In this document: positions 11,229 to 21,878 of the stretch, in pieces
Numbering within the stretch: the stretch's first letter is position 1
Layout of the letters: the number at the start of each line of letters is the position of its first letter
Assembly (NCBI GenBank): GCA_963701995.1
Contig: OY969693.1
Span: 743,724-807,723 of the forward strand
Length of the DNA: 64,000 nucleotides
Reading direction: 5' to 3'
Source: Methanobacteriota archaeon
GTDB taxonomy: Archaea > Halobacteriota > Bog-38 > Methanoflorentales > Methanoflorentaceae
The notes under the pieces: model-generated
The model's database searches: none
Told to the model about the DNA's origin: nothing
Seen by the model: the letters and a program-made list of their open reading frames with translations, nothing else
Made by a program: the position numbers and the translations under genes

Positions 11229-11723
11229 TCAAACGATCTTGCTGACCTGGCTGCTAATGTACGGGTACGCGTCGAATGTCTGGCTGAAGGAAACGTTAAC
11301 ATCTATTACGAGGGGATGCGCGGTGACAACCCCGTTTAGATTCATCATCACGCTTTTTGTCAAGATGGCTTGCAATACAGTGCTGATTGCAGAGCCGAAG
11401 TAAATAGTTGACTGTATTGGGATGTCGACGCTTCCGCGCGCCGGGATTTGGATTCCGTCTGACGTGCCGGTGCTCAAGACCTGGTTGCCGGAGATCAATA
11501 GGAGGTTGTACGTAATGGATTTGATATTGACTCCTACGACATTCGGGTTATACAGTTTTATCACAAATGTTAACGTAAAGCCCGAGCGTGACACGTTGTC
11601 GATCGAGCTTACCGACACTCCCTGCACTTGAGGGGCCTGCAGCGTCAGCAGAAAAGCGGCCCCCACGATGGCGATAACGATTATGACTGCGGCTATTATG
11701 GCGACGATAGTTCTTGTCCGCAT
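11229..11723 (-). CDS. LEA14-like / WHy (LEA_2) domain protein with N-terminal membrane anchor
   Basis: 164-aa ORF: N-terminal transmembrane helix then a beta-rich domain with an NPN motif (KLYNPNVVGV). Confidence 0.55.
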   Translation of the reverse strand: MRTRTIVAIIAAVIIVIAIVGAAFLLTLQAPQVQGVSVSSIDNVSRSGFTLTFVIKLYNPNVVGVNIKSITYNLLLISGNQVLSTGTSDGIQIPARGSVDIPIQSTIYFGSAISTVLQAILTKSVMMNLNGVVTAHPLVIDVNVSFSQTFDAYPYISSQVSKIV

Positions 11724-12015
11724 AGCAAAAAATAGGCATTTTGACTATATATAGGAACCGAAATGATTGACTGGGCCTGTCTGTTAGAGTGAGAAGCATG
11801 TCTGGGCGCGCGTGCACATGAAGTGCGCCACAGCCGAAGGTTAGGTTAGGATTTGTAAGGAAAGCCAACCTTCCCTGGCGGCCCTAAGCTTGACGAAGGG
11901 AAAAGCATAATATCACTCTCCCGCCCTACATTCGATACGGTGCACTCCTTCTGTCCAATGCTAACCGAGTGCGAGTAAACCACAACGTAATGTTAGAAAT
12001 ACGAGGCGAGCACGA

Positions 12016-12366
12016 ATGCCATACGAGGACGTCACTACGCACGAGTGGGAGCGAACCGCCCTTTACCTTGCCGTCGGGATGCTACTAATTGTAACAGGCG
12101 CAATTTTTCTCTTTGCTATTAACCGGATCATAGGAGTAATCCTCTGGTTTGCCCTTATCGCTGTGGTGCTCGTGGCGCTGGTCAGCTGGCACACGAAAAC
12201 GTACGCGTACCGCTGCAAACGGTGCGGAGAGGAATTCGAGATATCGCGCGTGACGAATTTCGTAAGTCCACAGGGCGTAGGTAAAGACGGCGCGTGGAAG
12301 TACCTGAGATGCCCGCGATGCGACAAACACGAACGCGCCGAGGTTCTAAAGAAAGTCAAGCCGTAA
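12016..12366 (+). CDS. small membrane protein with C-terminal zinc ribbon
   Basis: 116 aa: two hydrophobic helices followed by CKRCG and CPRCD. Confidence 0.55.
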   Translation: MPYEDVTTHEWERTALYLAVGMLLIVTGAIFLFAINRIIGVILWFALIAVVLVALVSWHTKTYAYRCKRCGEEFEISRVTNFVSPQGVGKDGAWKYLRCPRCDKHERAEVLKKVKP

Positions 12367-12667
12367 CATCCGCGCTGCACGTACGTTGCTTCGCGTTCAA
12401 CAGACAATGTGCGCAGTCTTAATCGAAGCTGAAGCACGCTACTTTTGGCAAGCGCGCTCTCAAGAGTCACGGGAATCATCCGCGGCCAAAGCTGCTGCGT
12501 GCACTGTGCGCTGAAGACTCACTCTGCCTCCTCAAGGCTTAAAAAAAGGGGAGGATCGCGTCGAGCCGTTACCACAACAGTGCGTCCGGCGCTTAGCTGT
12601 TCCGAGTGTAGTTTTGGTTTCCTGCGGAGCCGCGCTTATCTTCATCAAAGCAACCGAGTTGATCGCA

Positions 12668-13456
12668 TCACAGCGTAGCCAGCACTTCCAGCCGCATCAT
12701 CTGCACGTGGACGTGCCCGTTTTCGTCTAGGGGGCGTCGCTCGATGTACGCGCTGGCGATCTGTTCCACAAAATCCTCGCGCAACGCCTCCGGAAGGCGC
12801 CCTGTGTAGGGGAGGAATACGGTGCGCAACCAGCCCTTGAGCGCCTCTTTCCCGTCGTGCACCATATCCTTCGGGATCAGCTCGACACGTTCTGGTGAGA
12901 GGCCAACGCGACTAATGAACCCGCGGTACTCTTCGACGCCGTAAAAGAACCAAGGGTAGGCGAATCCCACAAAATAACCTTTCCAGCGCCTGTCAGTGGT
13001 AAGCTTGTTCGCGACATCCGAAATTGATGCGGCATTGCCTTGCCCCCCGAACTGCAGCAGCGTCCGCCCAGACGGCTTAAGCGCCCGTTTTATTCCGGCA
13101 AGCACAGCGAGGTGGTCGCTTATCCAGTGAAGGCTTGCAAACGACACAATCAGGTCGAACTCGTGATGGTACGTGAGGCGCGTTGCATCCCCGCAGCGAA
13201 ATTGCAGATTGCGGAAAAACGCCGGAGGGAACCGGCGGTGGGCGAATTCGATCATCGTTTCAGAGCTGTCAATGCCAAGCACCGATCCATCTGGAATGTG
13301 CGCCGCGAGCTCGGCGGTCACCTTCCCATCCCCGCAGCCGATGTCGAGCACCCGTTCATCACCTGAAAGTTTCAGGGCTTGAATTGCGTCACGCGCCCAC
13401 TGCTGCTGGGACGAAGAATGTCTCTCGTAATCGGAAGCATCCCACTGATAACTCAT
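12668..13456 (-). CDS. class I SAM-dependent methyltransferase
   Basis: Motif I VLDIGCGDGK and the downstream acidic loop; start placed at the internal Met (MSYQWDASDYERH). The ORF could extend to 13519. Confidence 0.8.
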   Translation of the reverse strand: MSYQWDASDYERHSSSQQQWARDAIQALKLSGDERVLDIGCGDGKVTAELAAHIPDGSVLGIDSSETMIEFAHRRFPPAFFRNLQFRCGDATRLTYHHEFDLIVSFASLHWISDHLAVLAGIKRALKPSGRTLLQFGGQGNAASISDVANKLTTDRRWKGYFVGFAYPWFFYGVEEYRGFISRVGLSPERVELIPKDMVHDGKEALKGWLRTVFLPYTGRLPEALREDFVEQIASAYIERRPLDENGHVHVQMMRLEVLATL

Positions 13457-13708
13457 GTTTTCAACTCTCCAGTCACCGTTTATTTCTTTAGTTGTTTGCG
13501 TTCTGATTCCTCGTTCCAAGAATGATTACCGTGGAAGCGAGCTCCACAACCAGATTCGCCGCTTAGATTCAGCGATGACCCTTGCGGCGGAGATACTCTC
13601 CTGAAGTGCTGGCCTATCTCTCTAACAGCGACGAGCGCGTTGAACCTGTTGAGTCTCATTTTCTAAGCGGGGTAGCCGTCTGGTCTCGATAAGCACGCCT
13701 TGGATGGG

Positions 13709-14728
13709 TTAGGTCTCCAACACAACTCGATAATGTGCGGCGTTGTTGCGCACGCGTTGCACGGCGCTGTTTGTGTCTGCACAGGAGAATACCTCTGTTT
13801 TTGCGGCGATGTCGTGACGTGCGGCAAACGCGAGCATCTCTTGCGTTACCGCTCTCCCGCCTGTTACGCTCCCGGCGATCGATTTTTGGCCGGCAACGAG
13901 AAGCGATGCAGGGGCCGTCACTGCACCTGCTTCGTCCTTGGAGGCAAGGCGACTGACGATCGTTAACTTGCCATTGGGCCGCAGCGCCTCCACATAGGCG
14001 GTCCATGGGAGTGGCGCAATGGCCGTCGCTAATATGAAATCGAGGGTCCGGGCAGCGTTTCGCATTTGCAACGGGTCGCGGGTCATTACAAAATGATCCG
14101 CGCCAAAGGCGGCTGCGTCGTCCTTTTTTTCAGGGTTCGTCGAGAACGCGGTCACTTCGCACCCCATAGCGTGGGCGAACTGCAGGGCCAAGTGTCCGAG
14201 TCCGCCGATGCCAACGACGCCGACGTGATGATGTGGCCGCACGCCGTAGCGCCGCATCGGCGCGTACACTGTAACGCCTGCGCACAGGAGCGGTGCTGCG
14301 CCGGCCGAACCGAGCGACTCCGGAATGGAGAACGTAAAACGACTGTCAGTGCGAACGAAATCGGCGAATCCACCGTGCCGCCGGACACACGTGAGCACCT
14401 TGCTCTGGCAGAGATTCTCGTAGCCGTTCAGACACCACTCGCAGCGCAAGCAGCTGCCAGATTGCCACCCGACGCCGACTCGTTCACCAATGCTGAGCTG
14501 CTCAACGGCCGCTCCAGTGGCGGCCACCGTGCCGACGATTTCGTGTCCTGGCACGAGGGGGTAATGCGAGATACCCCAGTCGTTATCAATGAGGTGAACG
14601 TCGCTGTGGCAGATGCCGCAGTGGCTCACTTTGACATCGACTTCGTACGGGCCAAGTTTCTGAAGCTCGTAGTCGAATGGCTCCAGCGCAGCCCCTGGCG
14701 CTTGTGCAGCAAATGCGTGAACTCGCAT
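13709..14728 (-). CDS. zinc-dependent alcohol dehydrogenase (MDR superfamily, cinnamyl-ADH-like)
   Basis: 339 aa; CGICHSD and GHEIVG zinc-binding motifs and GxGxxG Rossmann motif (VGIGGLGH). Confidence 0.9.
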   Translation of the reverse strand: MRVHAFAAQAPGAALEPFDYELQKLGPYEVDVKVSHCGICHSDVHLIDNDWGISHYPLVPGHEIVGTVAATGAAVEQLSIGERVGVGWQSGSCLRCEWCLNGYENLCQSKVLTCVRRHGGFADFVRTDSRFTFSIPESLGSAGAAPLLCAGVTVYAPMRRYGVRPHHHVGVVGIGGLGHLALQFAHAMGCEVTAFSTNPEKKDDAAAFGADHFVMTRDPLQMRNAARTLDFILATAIAPLPWTAYVEALRPNGKLTIVSRLASKDEAGAVTAPASLLVAGQKSIAGSVTGGRAVTQEMLAFAARHDIAAKTEVFSCADTNSAVQRVRNNAAHYRVVLET

Positions 14729-14914
14729 GGATTGTTATCAGTGAAGGCTGTATGCCATCCACCGCATTTTAGTGTTTGGTCACCGGAAGCGGTTGGTACA
14801 TAGAGGCGGCCTTTCAGCGCGTCGCGCGTCGAGACAGCCGTTCCTACTGCCCTAAAGTGTTATATATCAAAAAGCATAGCTTCAGACATATTGTAAAAGG
14901 AAGAGGCTGCCATC

Positions 14915-15427
14915 GTGCCGAGACGAATATGGAAAGAGTGGGCGCAAGATCAGTTTCTGGGCGTCGCGCAGTTTGGGCCCATGAGGATGGAGCGCGGCAA
15001 CATTAAGTTTTTCGTGCTCATGACGCTACGCGACCAACCGCTCCACGGCTATGGTATTATTAAGGCCATTGGGGACGTGAGCGGTCACGCCCCGAGCGCA
15101 GGCGTGATCTACCCGACCTTGCAGATGCTTGAGGATCAAGGTTGCGTCGCCATGAACGAGGAGGACAACAAGAAGGTCTACGTCTTAACCGATGCGGGGA
15201 GACGCTTCTTGGACGAACACCGCGACACTGTCAAGCTGCTGAGCACGCGCGCCGCTCAGCCACGATGGAGCTCGCTTCCCGGGGTCGGCCGGCGCATCGG
15301 GGAAATTGCCCGCACGATCTTTTCCAACTACTCGTACCTTGATGACGAGAAGATACGGCAGATCGAGCACATACTTGATGGGGCAAAGAAACAGATCGGC
15401 GAAGTGATTTTTGCGAGAAAGCGTTAA
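14915..15427 (+). CDS. PadR-family transcriptional regulator
   Basis: Winged-HTH core FVLMTLRDQPLHGYGIIKAI...IYPTLQMLEDQG; the true start may be the internal ATG at 14981. Confidence 0.8.
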   Translation: MPRRIWKEWAQDQFLGVAQFGPMRMERGNIKFFVLMTLRDQPLHGYGIIKAIGDVSGHAPSAGVIYPTLQMLEDQGCVAMNEEDNKKVYVLTDAGRRFLDEHRDTVKLLSTRAAQPRWSSLPGVGRRIGEIARTIFSNYSYLDDEKIRQIEHILDGAKKQIGEVIFARKR

Positions 15428-15604
15428 GACGGCGCTGTTGTTCCTCTTAGCGAGAAATCCGACGGCTGCGTCGAGCTCGTCGCGATAGCGGCATTGAAGA
15501 GGGTTCGTAAGTCAGCTGGATCGTGCCACATCTTTGACTTTGAGGCTGCTTACAGCACGACAAAATCATAGCTTTTATAACGAATTAATCTGCTCACAGC
15601 AAGC

Positions 15605-15865
15605 ATGGACCTGTTGACCATCCTCGCCGGGATAATCCTCATTGTCATATTTCTAAGCCTTCTGGTCGCACTACTGCGTGTCGGCTTGCGATTATTGCTG
15701 TATCTAATCCCTAACGCAATAATTGGCTTGATTATTCTTGTTGGCGCTAATGTGGTAGGCATCAGCGTGCCCATAGATTGGATCACCGTGGGATTTAGTG
15801 CCTTAGCCGGAATTCCGGGAGCCATCCTGATGATCCTGCTTTACTTGCTCGGCTTCGCACTATAG
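15605..15865 (+). CDS. small hydrophobic membrane protein
   Basis: 86-aa ORF, almost entirely hydrophobic, about three predicted helices. Confidence 0.4.
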   Translation: MDLLTILAGIILIVIFLSLLVALLRVGLRLLLYLIPNAIIGLIILVGANVVGISVPIDWITVGFSALAGIPGAILMILLYLLGFAL

Positions 15866-16824
15866 GACTATGACGACTGAGGGTTCCATGTGGCCCATCG
15901 AAGAGTTTTTTTAGGCTGCTCAAATCGCGGGTCTAACTCATACCAGGGTATGAGAAAGTCATACTCACGCACACCACCGGTCAGCCCAATTTTTCCACTC
16001 AATAGTTGCAGTTGTTTCCGGTGCAACTTGTATTCAACGGCACACTCGAGTAATCTATCTGCACGCGCTGATGACGAAAATAATAGATTGCACTAGCTGC
16101 TCATTTGGCCGATGATGCGCACACCGCTTCTTGATTAGGCCGAGCCCGCAGAGCGCTCCTTTTCATGATGACCACGGTACTACCTCAAAAATACAGTCGC
16201 AGCAAAGCTCGAAACTACTTAAAGAGACGCATGAGCGTGCGACAAATATCGGTTCCAATGGAGCTTGAACGAGCTGCAAACGGCTCGGCAGATATACGCA
16301 TAGCACTGGGTGTTGCCAAAAAGAAGAATCTTATCCCGATAAAATACCTTCATTTCGAGTCCAGATTTTTAAAAAAAGCGCAAACTATGAGCGAAAACGT
16401 TAAATACGATCGTGTAGAGCTTTATTGTGCCGTGATTAATAGGAGCCGGGCTCGCGATCTGGCCTGCCTCGAAAACCGTCTTCTCTTACGGCTACCGGGC
16501 CTGTGCTCCATTCTCGGTTTTTTTCTGTAGTTTCTTAGACTCTTTTCCGGTGCAAGTAGCACGGCGAGTGCCCCATTCTGTTTGCTGTTTTGACGCTGGC
16601 CACGTCAGGCGCAGTTGCCGTGGCTTCTTGGTTGTACGAGAGATCACACAGAAGCACTGCTTCTTCAGACTTCGCTCACGATAGATATTGAAGCTGGTTC
16701 GAATCTCTTTCTTTGATTTCGGCGAAAAAAAGACTTTATGGCGACAACAAAAGCGCAGCAAATCTAAATCAATAAATAGCGTTACTTGTTAACATGTAAC
16801 AATCGAAAAAATGGAGGTGATAAT

Positions 16825-17136
16825 ATGGGAGAATTAAAAACAATTACAAAGGTTCCGGTCGGGGCAGTCGCGTTGATGGGTGCCGTACTTAATGCCATTT
16901 TAGGGCTCATTAGTGGTATCATTTCAGCTATTGGCATTGCAATTGGCGTCTCGGCAATACAAAACGCCATTCCTGCAACAACGACGCTCGGCTCGGGAGC
17001 AGGCCTCGAGGCTTCCGCTATTATCGGTGGCTTGGTTTTCGGCTTCATTGGCGGCTATATCATAGTGGCAATTGTAGCACTGATTTACAATTGGTTGGCA
17101 CCTAGAATTGGCGGCGTTAAGCTTGAACTTGAGTAA
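16825..17136 (+). CDS. small Gly/Ala-rich membrane protein
   Basis: Start chosen at the ATG preceded by GGAGGTGA; hydrophobic Gly-zipper-like segments. The ORF track begins at 16786. Confidence 0.4.
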   Translation: MGELKTITKVPVGAVALMGAVLNAILGLISGIISAIGIAIGVSAIQNAIPATTTLGSGAGLEASAIIGGLVFGFIGGYIIVAIVALIYNWLAPRIGGVKLELE

Positions 17137-17390
17137 CGGCAAGGACTTATTCAATCACCTAAATCACAGAGGTCTGACGGTAAAGCGCAAGCACAAAGTG
17201 TTGGTCGTTACTTTTTTTGTTTTTTTATAAGAACTAGCACTCTTGCCGCGCTTAGAGGTGACGCCCCACCTCTGAACGCAGTGCCAGGCGAAAACGCATT
17301 AATGTGCGATGGTTAAGATCCCTAAGACAAGCTCAAAGTGAATCCCATGTTAGATGAGCAAAGAAGCGACGCACGAGCTGGACTACGCGT

Positions 17391-17959
17391 ATGAAAGAAA
17401 AAATCAAGTTCGACAATGCGGCAAGCACCCTGTTTGCCCCGCAACTCGTCGGCCTGGTGACGACCGTTGATCGTGCCAATCGACCGAACGTGGCGACCTT
17501 CGCTTGGATAATGAGCACCTCGCACGATCCGGAGCTGGTAGCAGTGAGCGTTTCAAGACAACGCTACACCTATGAATGTCTAACAGATGAATTCGTCATT
17601 AATTTGCCGACGAAGGAGTTGCTGGAACAGGTGTGGGCCGTCGGGACCCGGTCAGGAAGGAATGTGGACAAGTTTCAGGCAACCGGGTTGACGCCCATAC
17701 CCGCAGAAGTGGTGAAGCCGCCCCGAATTGCCGAGCGCCCCCCCATATAGAATGCCGCATCATCGACACGCTAGACACGGGAGACCACACGATCTTTGTC
17801 GGCGAAGTCGTGGCAAAATCAGGCGACCCCGATGCAATGAAGGACGGGACCCTCAACGAGCGCATTGAGCCGTTGTTCCATCTTGGGGGCAAGAAATTCC
17901 TCTGCAGTCGCGAACGAATTGACGTCGACAGGCATCACAGGGGCAAAGGCAGCGTTTGA
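17391..17959 (+). pseudogene. flavin reductase-like (FMN-binding split-barrel) gene interrupted by a frameshift in a C7 run
   Basis: N-terminal half (17391-17750) and C-terminal half (about 17760-17959, DHTIFVGEVVA) are in different frames; the switch coincides with CCCCCCC at 17738-17744. Could be a sequencing error. Confidence 0.55.
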
Positions 17960-18392
17960 AATCCCGGCAATCCAGCTTGTGCGGAGGAATTTGGGGAGTT
18001 GGTCGTTGGAGCGGAGTGCTGGGCGTCTCGTGTTTATGGCGGCAACACTGGTTGCCAACCATTACCTGATTGAAAAAGGTAGTCATCTCAAGTTCAAAAT
18101 CAGAAAAAGGTTTCAAAATCACGGTGAGGGTTCGTTATACCCTGACCGGTTCGATACTGGAGTTTGAGGCCCGCTGCTCGCCCTACCTCGAATCGTCTCT
18201 TGTTCGTGCGGCGGACCCCACTCCATATTGGCCGCAGCAGCTTTGCGGTTGCGATAATTTTCTATTTACAGTGTAGGCGAGGCCGCTTTAAGCACCTTAC
18301 GGTTTTGTCTTGCGGGTGCGTCGCATATTCGCTGTTTTCTTAAGTTATGCGCTGGAGCCGTCGCCCCGGAGCTGTGACACAAACGCGGTGTC

Positions 18393-18450
18393 ACGCGTTT
18401 ACACGCAATTCCTGCCTCACGCGTTTACACGCAATTCCTGCCTCACGCGG
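18393..18450. repeat. tandem direct repeat, 26-bp unit CACGCGTTTACACGCAATTCCTGCCT x2 plus a partial third, preceded by a 7-bp-stem hairpin
   Basis: Read directly from the sequence; lies 35-90 bp upstream of the ORF at 18486. Confidence 0.6.
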
Positions 18451-18485
18451 CCTTATAGCGCGTCTGTGAGCAGGTTAGATCAGAG

Positions 18486-18923
18486 GTGAATGTTATGGCG
18501 ACAAATGTAGCGAGCGCGCAAACGGGCGAACCGCTATACGCGGGTGTCGCCCCGGCGCTGCGCATAAACAGGCGCATTGAAAACGACGAGATTCCACTCT
18601 TTATGCAACGGTGCGTTATTGACGCAACGCGCTGGGAAGTAGACGGAACACGGTACGAACAATGGCGCGCTGAAAACGGCAACGGGAAAGAGCCCGCATT
18701 TAAATGGCGTGACGAGGTGGTTACGCCCCACCTCCAGCAGCGATTTGACGGGCTTGAACTGCGAGGCGATGGGCATCTCTGCGGTATCCGACACGATATC
18801 GACGAGGAGATCGACGAGCGTTTCTACGACACGCAACAGCTTCGGGGCTCCATGCTCGCAAAGTGCCCGGGACAACGATGGCTGTTCGCTCTCGGGTGCT
18901 GCAGAAGATACAGACCGCAGTAG
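18486..18923 (+). CDS. hypothetical protein
   Basis: 145-aa ORF downstream of the tandem-repeat region; no recognisable motif. Confidence 0.3.
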   Translation: MNVMATNVASAQTGEPLYAGVAPALRINRRIENDEIPLFMQRCVIDATRWEVDGTRYEQWRAENGNGKEPAFKWRDEVVTPHLQQRFDGLELRGDGHLCGIRHDIDEEIDERFYDTQQLRGSMLAKCPGQRWLFALGCCRRYRPQ

Positions 18924-19002
18924 AGTTCGCGCCCTTTCGAAGCTCGAATGAAGCTGACAGCGACCCACATGCGGCACTAGTGGCGTGCGCTACGGCGTCC
19001 AT

Positions 19003-19314
19003 TTACGCGTCCGCGTACTCGATGTCCGGAAAGGCGTCTTCGAATTCGAGCCTCCTGTCCGTGAGCTTGTTCCACACGATCACCGCCTCTTCTGGGGTAA
19101 GCGGTGTCAGTTCCGGGTCGTGCTCTTCGTCGTCGCCAAAGAACGGCACTGTTTTTTCGTATTTGAAATAGCGCCCGCTCGGCGTCCGGAACAGGTCGAC
19201 GTTCGTGAGCCCGGTTTTCAGCGTTTCAATGCAGAACTGGTGTTCGTTTCGCGCAAGAAGGATGGCCGTATCGGTGTCGTACACCACGCCGCCAAACGCT
19301 TGTTTCATGGACAT
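19003..19314 (-). CDS. hypothetical protein (103 aa)
   Basis: Compact ORF with balanced composition; no recognisable motif. Confidence 0.4.
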   Translation of the reverse strand: MSMKQAFGGVVYDTDTAILLARNEHQFCIETLKTGLTNVDLFRTPSGRYFKYEKTVPFFGDDEEHDPELTPLTPEEAVIVWNKLTDRRLEFEDAFPDIEYADA

Positions 19315-20210
19315 GTCGTTTGGATGAACTCAGACTTAAGCTTTGTATATGCGCGCGGAAAGTAAAACAGGGTCACGCGAAAAAAGCGATGGCTGCGTGA
19401 ACACGACGAACCAGCCGAACTGCAACAAGTGCCGCCGCGTCGCCAAAGCGGTCAACAGCGTGCTTCGGCCGCGACACAGCAGCGTCAACAATGGGGCTCC
19501 AAACCGGATGATGATTCTGTCCTTCGTCGGTGCTAGGCGCTGTTGTTGCTGATGCGCTCAATGTGGATTTAGCATGAGGCGCAGCGTTTTAGCATGGTGC
19601 GCGATCAATTACCCCCGACCTTTTCACCTGTCTTTTGCGCTTGCACGGGGTGGTTTATACACAACGGGTTTAAGAGAGCCCTATTTTGCGCTTCTTTTCT
19701 CGATTACGTGGTCTCAAAAATCCGCTAGATCGTGCCACTTGTCCGATCGTCCCGGGTTTAAACGAACCGCGTGGTACGTTTTTTTTGCACGTGAGATCAT
19801 CTTAGATCGCTGCTACGGAACGACCTCTTGTCTGCTCGTCCTGCGAGCGTGCCTGAACAAAGCCTTCCGAGTGGTAGACGACGAGAATGAGGCAGATCCC
19901 ACCACGCCAGGGACCAACGTATTCTGCAAATGGAGAAAGGCCGTTACCACCACGGCCTGTTGAAAGCAGCATCCCTGATGCAATTCACAAGGGAGGGATA
20001 CCCGATCGGACAGCTCATCATCATCGATACCGCAGAAAATCAAGGGCTCGCGCGACTTCTGCGATTCAAAAATCGCCCTTTCCTTGTCGCAGGCGTCGGC
20101 GGCGTTCTCGATCTGTTACAAAAAACGGACAGCGAAAACCGTTTGCTGCCTTACGCTCCAAAAAGGGACTGTGTGACAGCGGCGGCTTGACGGGCCGTTT
20201 TGCACGCGGT

Positions 20211-20408
20211 TCATTCCGTATGCTCTTCGGCCTCGAGCATTTCCATCAAGGGCTTCTTCAGAATGAGGACGCGCCTTCCGACTCGGACGGCCGGCAACTC
20301 GCCGGACTGCACCATCCGATACGCGGTCGTTCGGCTAATGCCTATAAGGCGTGCGGCGTGCTCAACGGACAACGTCAGAGCTTCGTCTTTATGGTGTTCT
20401 TTTGTCAT
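20211..20408 (-). CDS. helix-turn-helix DNA-binding protein (excisionase/MerR-like HTH_17 type)
   Basis: 65 aa; LSVEHAARLIGISRTTAYRMVQSGELPAVRVGRRVLI matches the small HTH excisionase-family pattern. Confidence 0.7.
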   Translation of the reverse strand: MTKEHHKDEALTLSVEHAARLIGISRTTAYRMVQSGELPAVRVGRRVLILKKPLMEMLEAEEHTE

Positions 20409-20481
20409 GGTCGCACCTTCACGAACGAAAAGGCGCTGAGCTACATATATATGTCGTCCCCAGCGCCGTGCGTAACTAACG

Positions 20482-21288
20482 TCAATGCACGTCCCTAAAC
20501 AGGAGGGAGCCGATGATGGTTATCAGAATGAAGAATCCAACAACGACGCCGAGGTCGAGCATGAGAGGGTACGCGTGCAATCCGGTGACCGCGTATCGTA
20601 ACGCGTCAACAGCATAGGTGAGGGGATTGATATCCGCCAGCGCTTTCATCCAGCCAGGCAGCGACGTGACAGGGAAAAGCGCGCCGCTCAGGAAAAAGAT
20701 CGGCAAGACGAGGAAGATCATCACCACCTGCAGACCCTCGATGCTCTCGAGCCGGGACGCGATGCTGACCCCCAACTCTCCAAACCCCATGCCGATGAAG
20801 AACATGGTCACCACTATGAGCGCGAGAGCAGCCGGAAGTCCCAGAGGGCCGGAAATCCTCACCCCAAGCACGGCTGCCACGACAAGGACGATGAGCCCCT
20901 GTGTTATTGCCGTAGTCGTTCCGCCGAGGGCCTTCCCGAGGAGTATTGAGGATCGTGACACCGGAGCAACGAGGATCTCCTTGAGAAAGCCAAACTCCTT
21001 GTCGAACATGAAGCTCATCCCTGAGGATAACGACATGTTTGTGAAGAGCGCCACCATGCCGAGGACCCCTGGGACTAGGAAGTCGAGGTAATTCGTCGTG
21101 CCTGTCGACCCGGCAAGTTGCAGCGATGAGCCGAGCGAGGAGCTGAATCCTATTCCGAATATGATGAGCCACGCCATCGGCTGGATGAGCGAGGTGAGAA
21201 GGCGCGACTTGGCTCTGACGAAGCGGATCATCTCCCTCCACCAGATCGAGTAAATGTCACCCAGAAAGTTCGTCGGTACGTTCGGCAT
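20482..21288 (-). CDS. ABC-2 type transporter permease
   Basis: 268 aa, about six transmembrane segments with ABC-2 family signature regions; no ATPase gene adjacent. Confidence 0.8.
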   Translation of the reverse strand: MPNVPTNFLGDIYSIWWREMIRFVRAKSRLLTSLIQPMAWLIIFGIGFSSSLGSSLQLAGSTGTTNYLDFLVPGVLGMVALFTNMSLSSGMSFMFDKEFGFLKEILVAPVSRSSILLGKALGGTTTAITQGLIVLVVAAVLGVRISGPLGLPAALALIVVTMFFIGMGFGELGVSIASRLESIEGLQVVMIFLVLPIFFLSGALFPVTSLPGWMKALADINPLTYAVDALRYAVTGLHAYPLMLDLGVVVGFFILITIIGSLLFRDVH

Positions 21289-21569
21289 GGCTAGGGCTTA
21301 GTGGTTTCGAAGTCCTCGCACCGCTCACGAGGTTTTTCGTTTCTGTCTTTGTCGATCAAAGGGCGTAGTCTACGAATCTTGCCGGCGAACAACTTTTAGC
21401 AACTTCTGCAGGCAAGTAAGTTAACGTCGTTTGGTTTACGTTTGACATGATCTCGTGTTACTGGACACAAAAGCTTTCGCACGTCGCAGCAGTACAGCTT
21501 TCCGATCCACATCTTTATGGCCGTTGGTATTCCTCTACCGCGCGGCTATTCAGGAGGTGACCCATCGCG

Positions 21570-21797
21570 ATGAAGAGATATACCGTCGCCGCTGTCGTTG
21601 TCATTACCGTGCTGCTCAGCTCAGTGCTGCCTACCACGACGGCAAGCGCCCAAGCAGTTGGTAAAGTGCCATATAAGCCAGCGCCGCTGAAATTATGGAA
21701 AAGCTTTGAACATACAGTCCTCGCAAAAATTAGCCAATCGGACGTGCCGGACAACACGATCGCATTGCTGAGCGCGCTCAGAGCGGTATTGCCCTGA
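21570..21797 (+). CDS. small putative secreted protein
   Basis: 75-aa ORF with an N-terminal signal-peptide-like segment (VVVITVLLSSVLPTTTASAQA). Confidence 0.25.
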   Translation: MKRYTVAAVVVITVLLSSVLPTTTASAQAVGKVPYKPAPLKLWKSFEHTVLAKISQSDVPDNTIALLSALRAVLP

Positions 21798-21878
21798 CCA
21801 GTCGTCAGCTGATAACGAGCATCGGCAAATAGCGCCGTGCCCTCTCACATCAAGGCAGAAAAAGAAAGTGCAAAGCCA

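Noticed and set aside
16165-16530. 121-aa plus-strand ORF in a low-GC stretch
   Set aside because: Lys/Arg-rich, no ribosome-binding site or recognisable fold; likely a chance ORF in AT-rich DNA.
16690-16712. tRNA-like T-loop motif GGTTCGAATC
   Set aside because: No complementary T-stem or acceptor stem can be formed from the flanking sequence. No convincing tRNA or rRNA signature was seen anywhere in the window by eye; a tRNAscan/Infernal run would be decisive.
18393-18450. Possible CRISPR array
   Set aside because: Only two and a half contiguous 26-bp units with no spacers between them, and no cas genes in the window.
19887-20498. 203-aa ORF on the plus strand
   Set aside because: Arg/Pro-rich low-complexity translation overlapping the well-supported HTH gene on the opposite strand.
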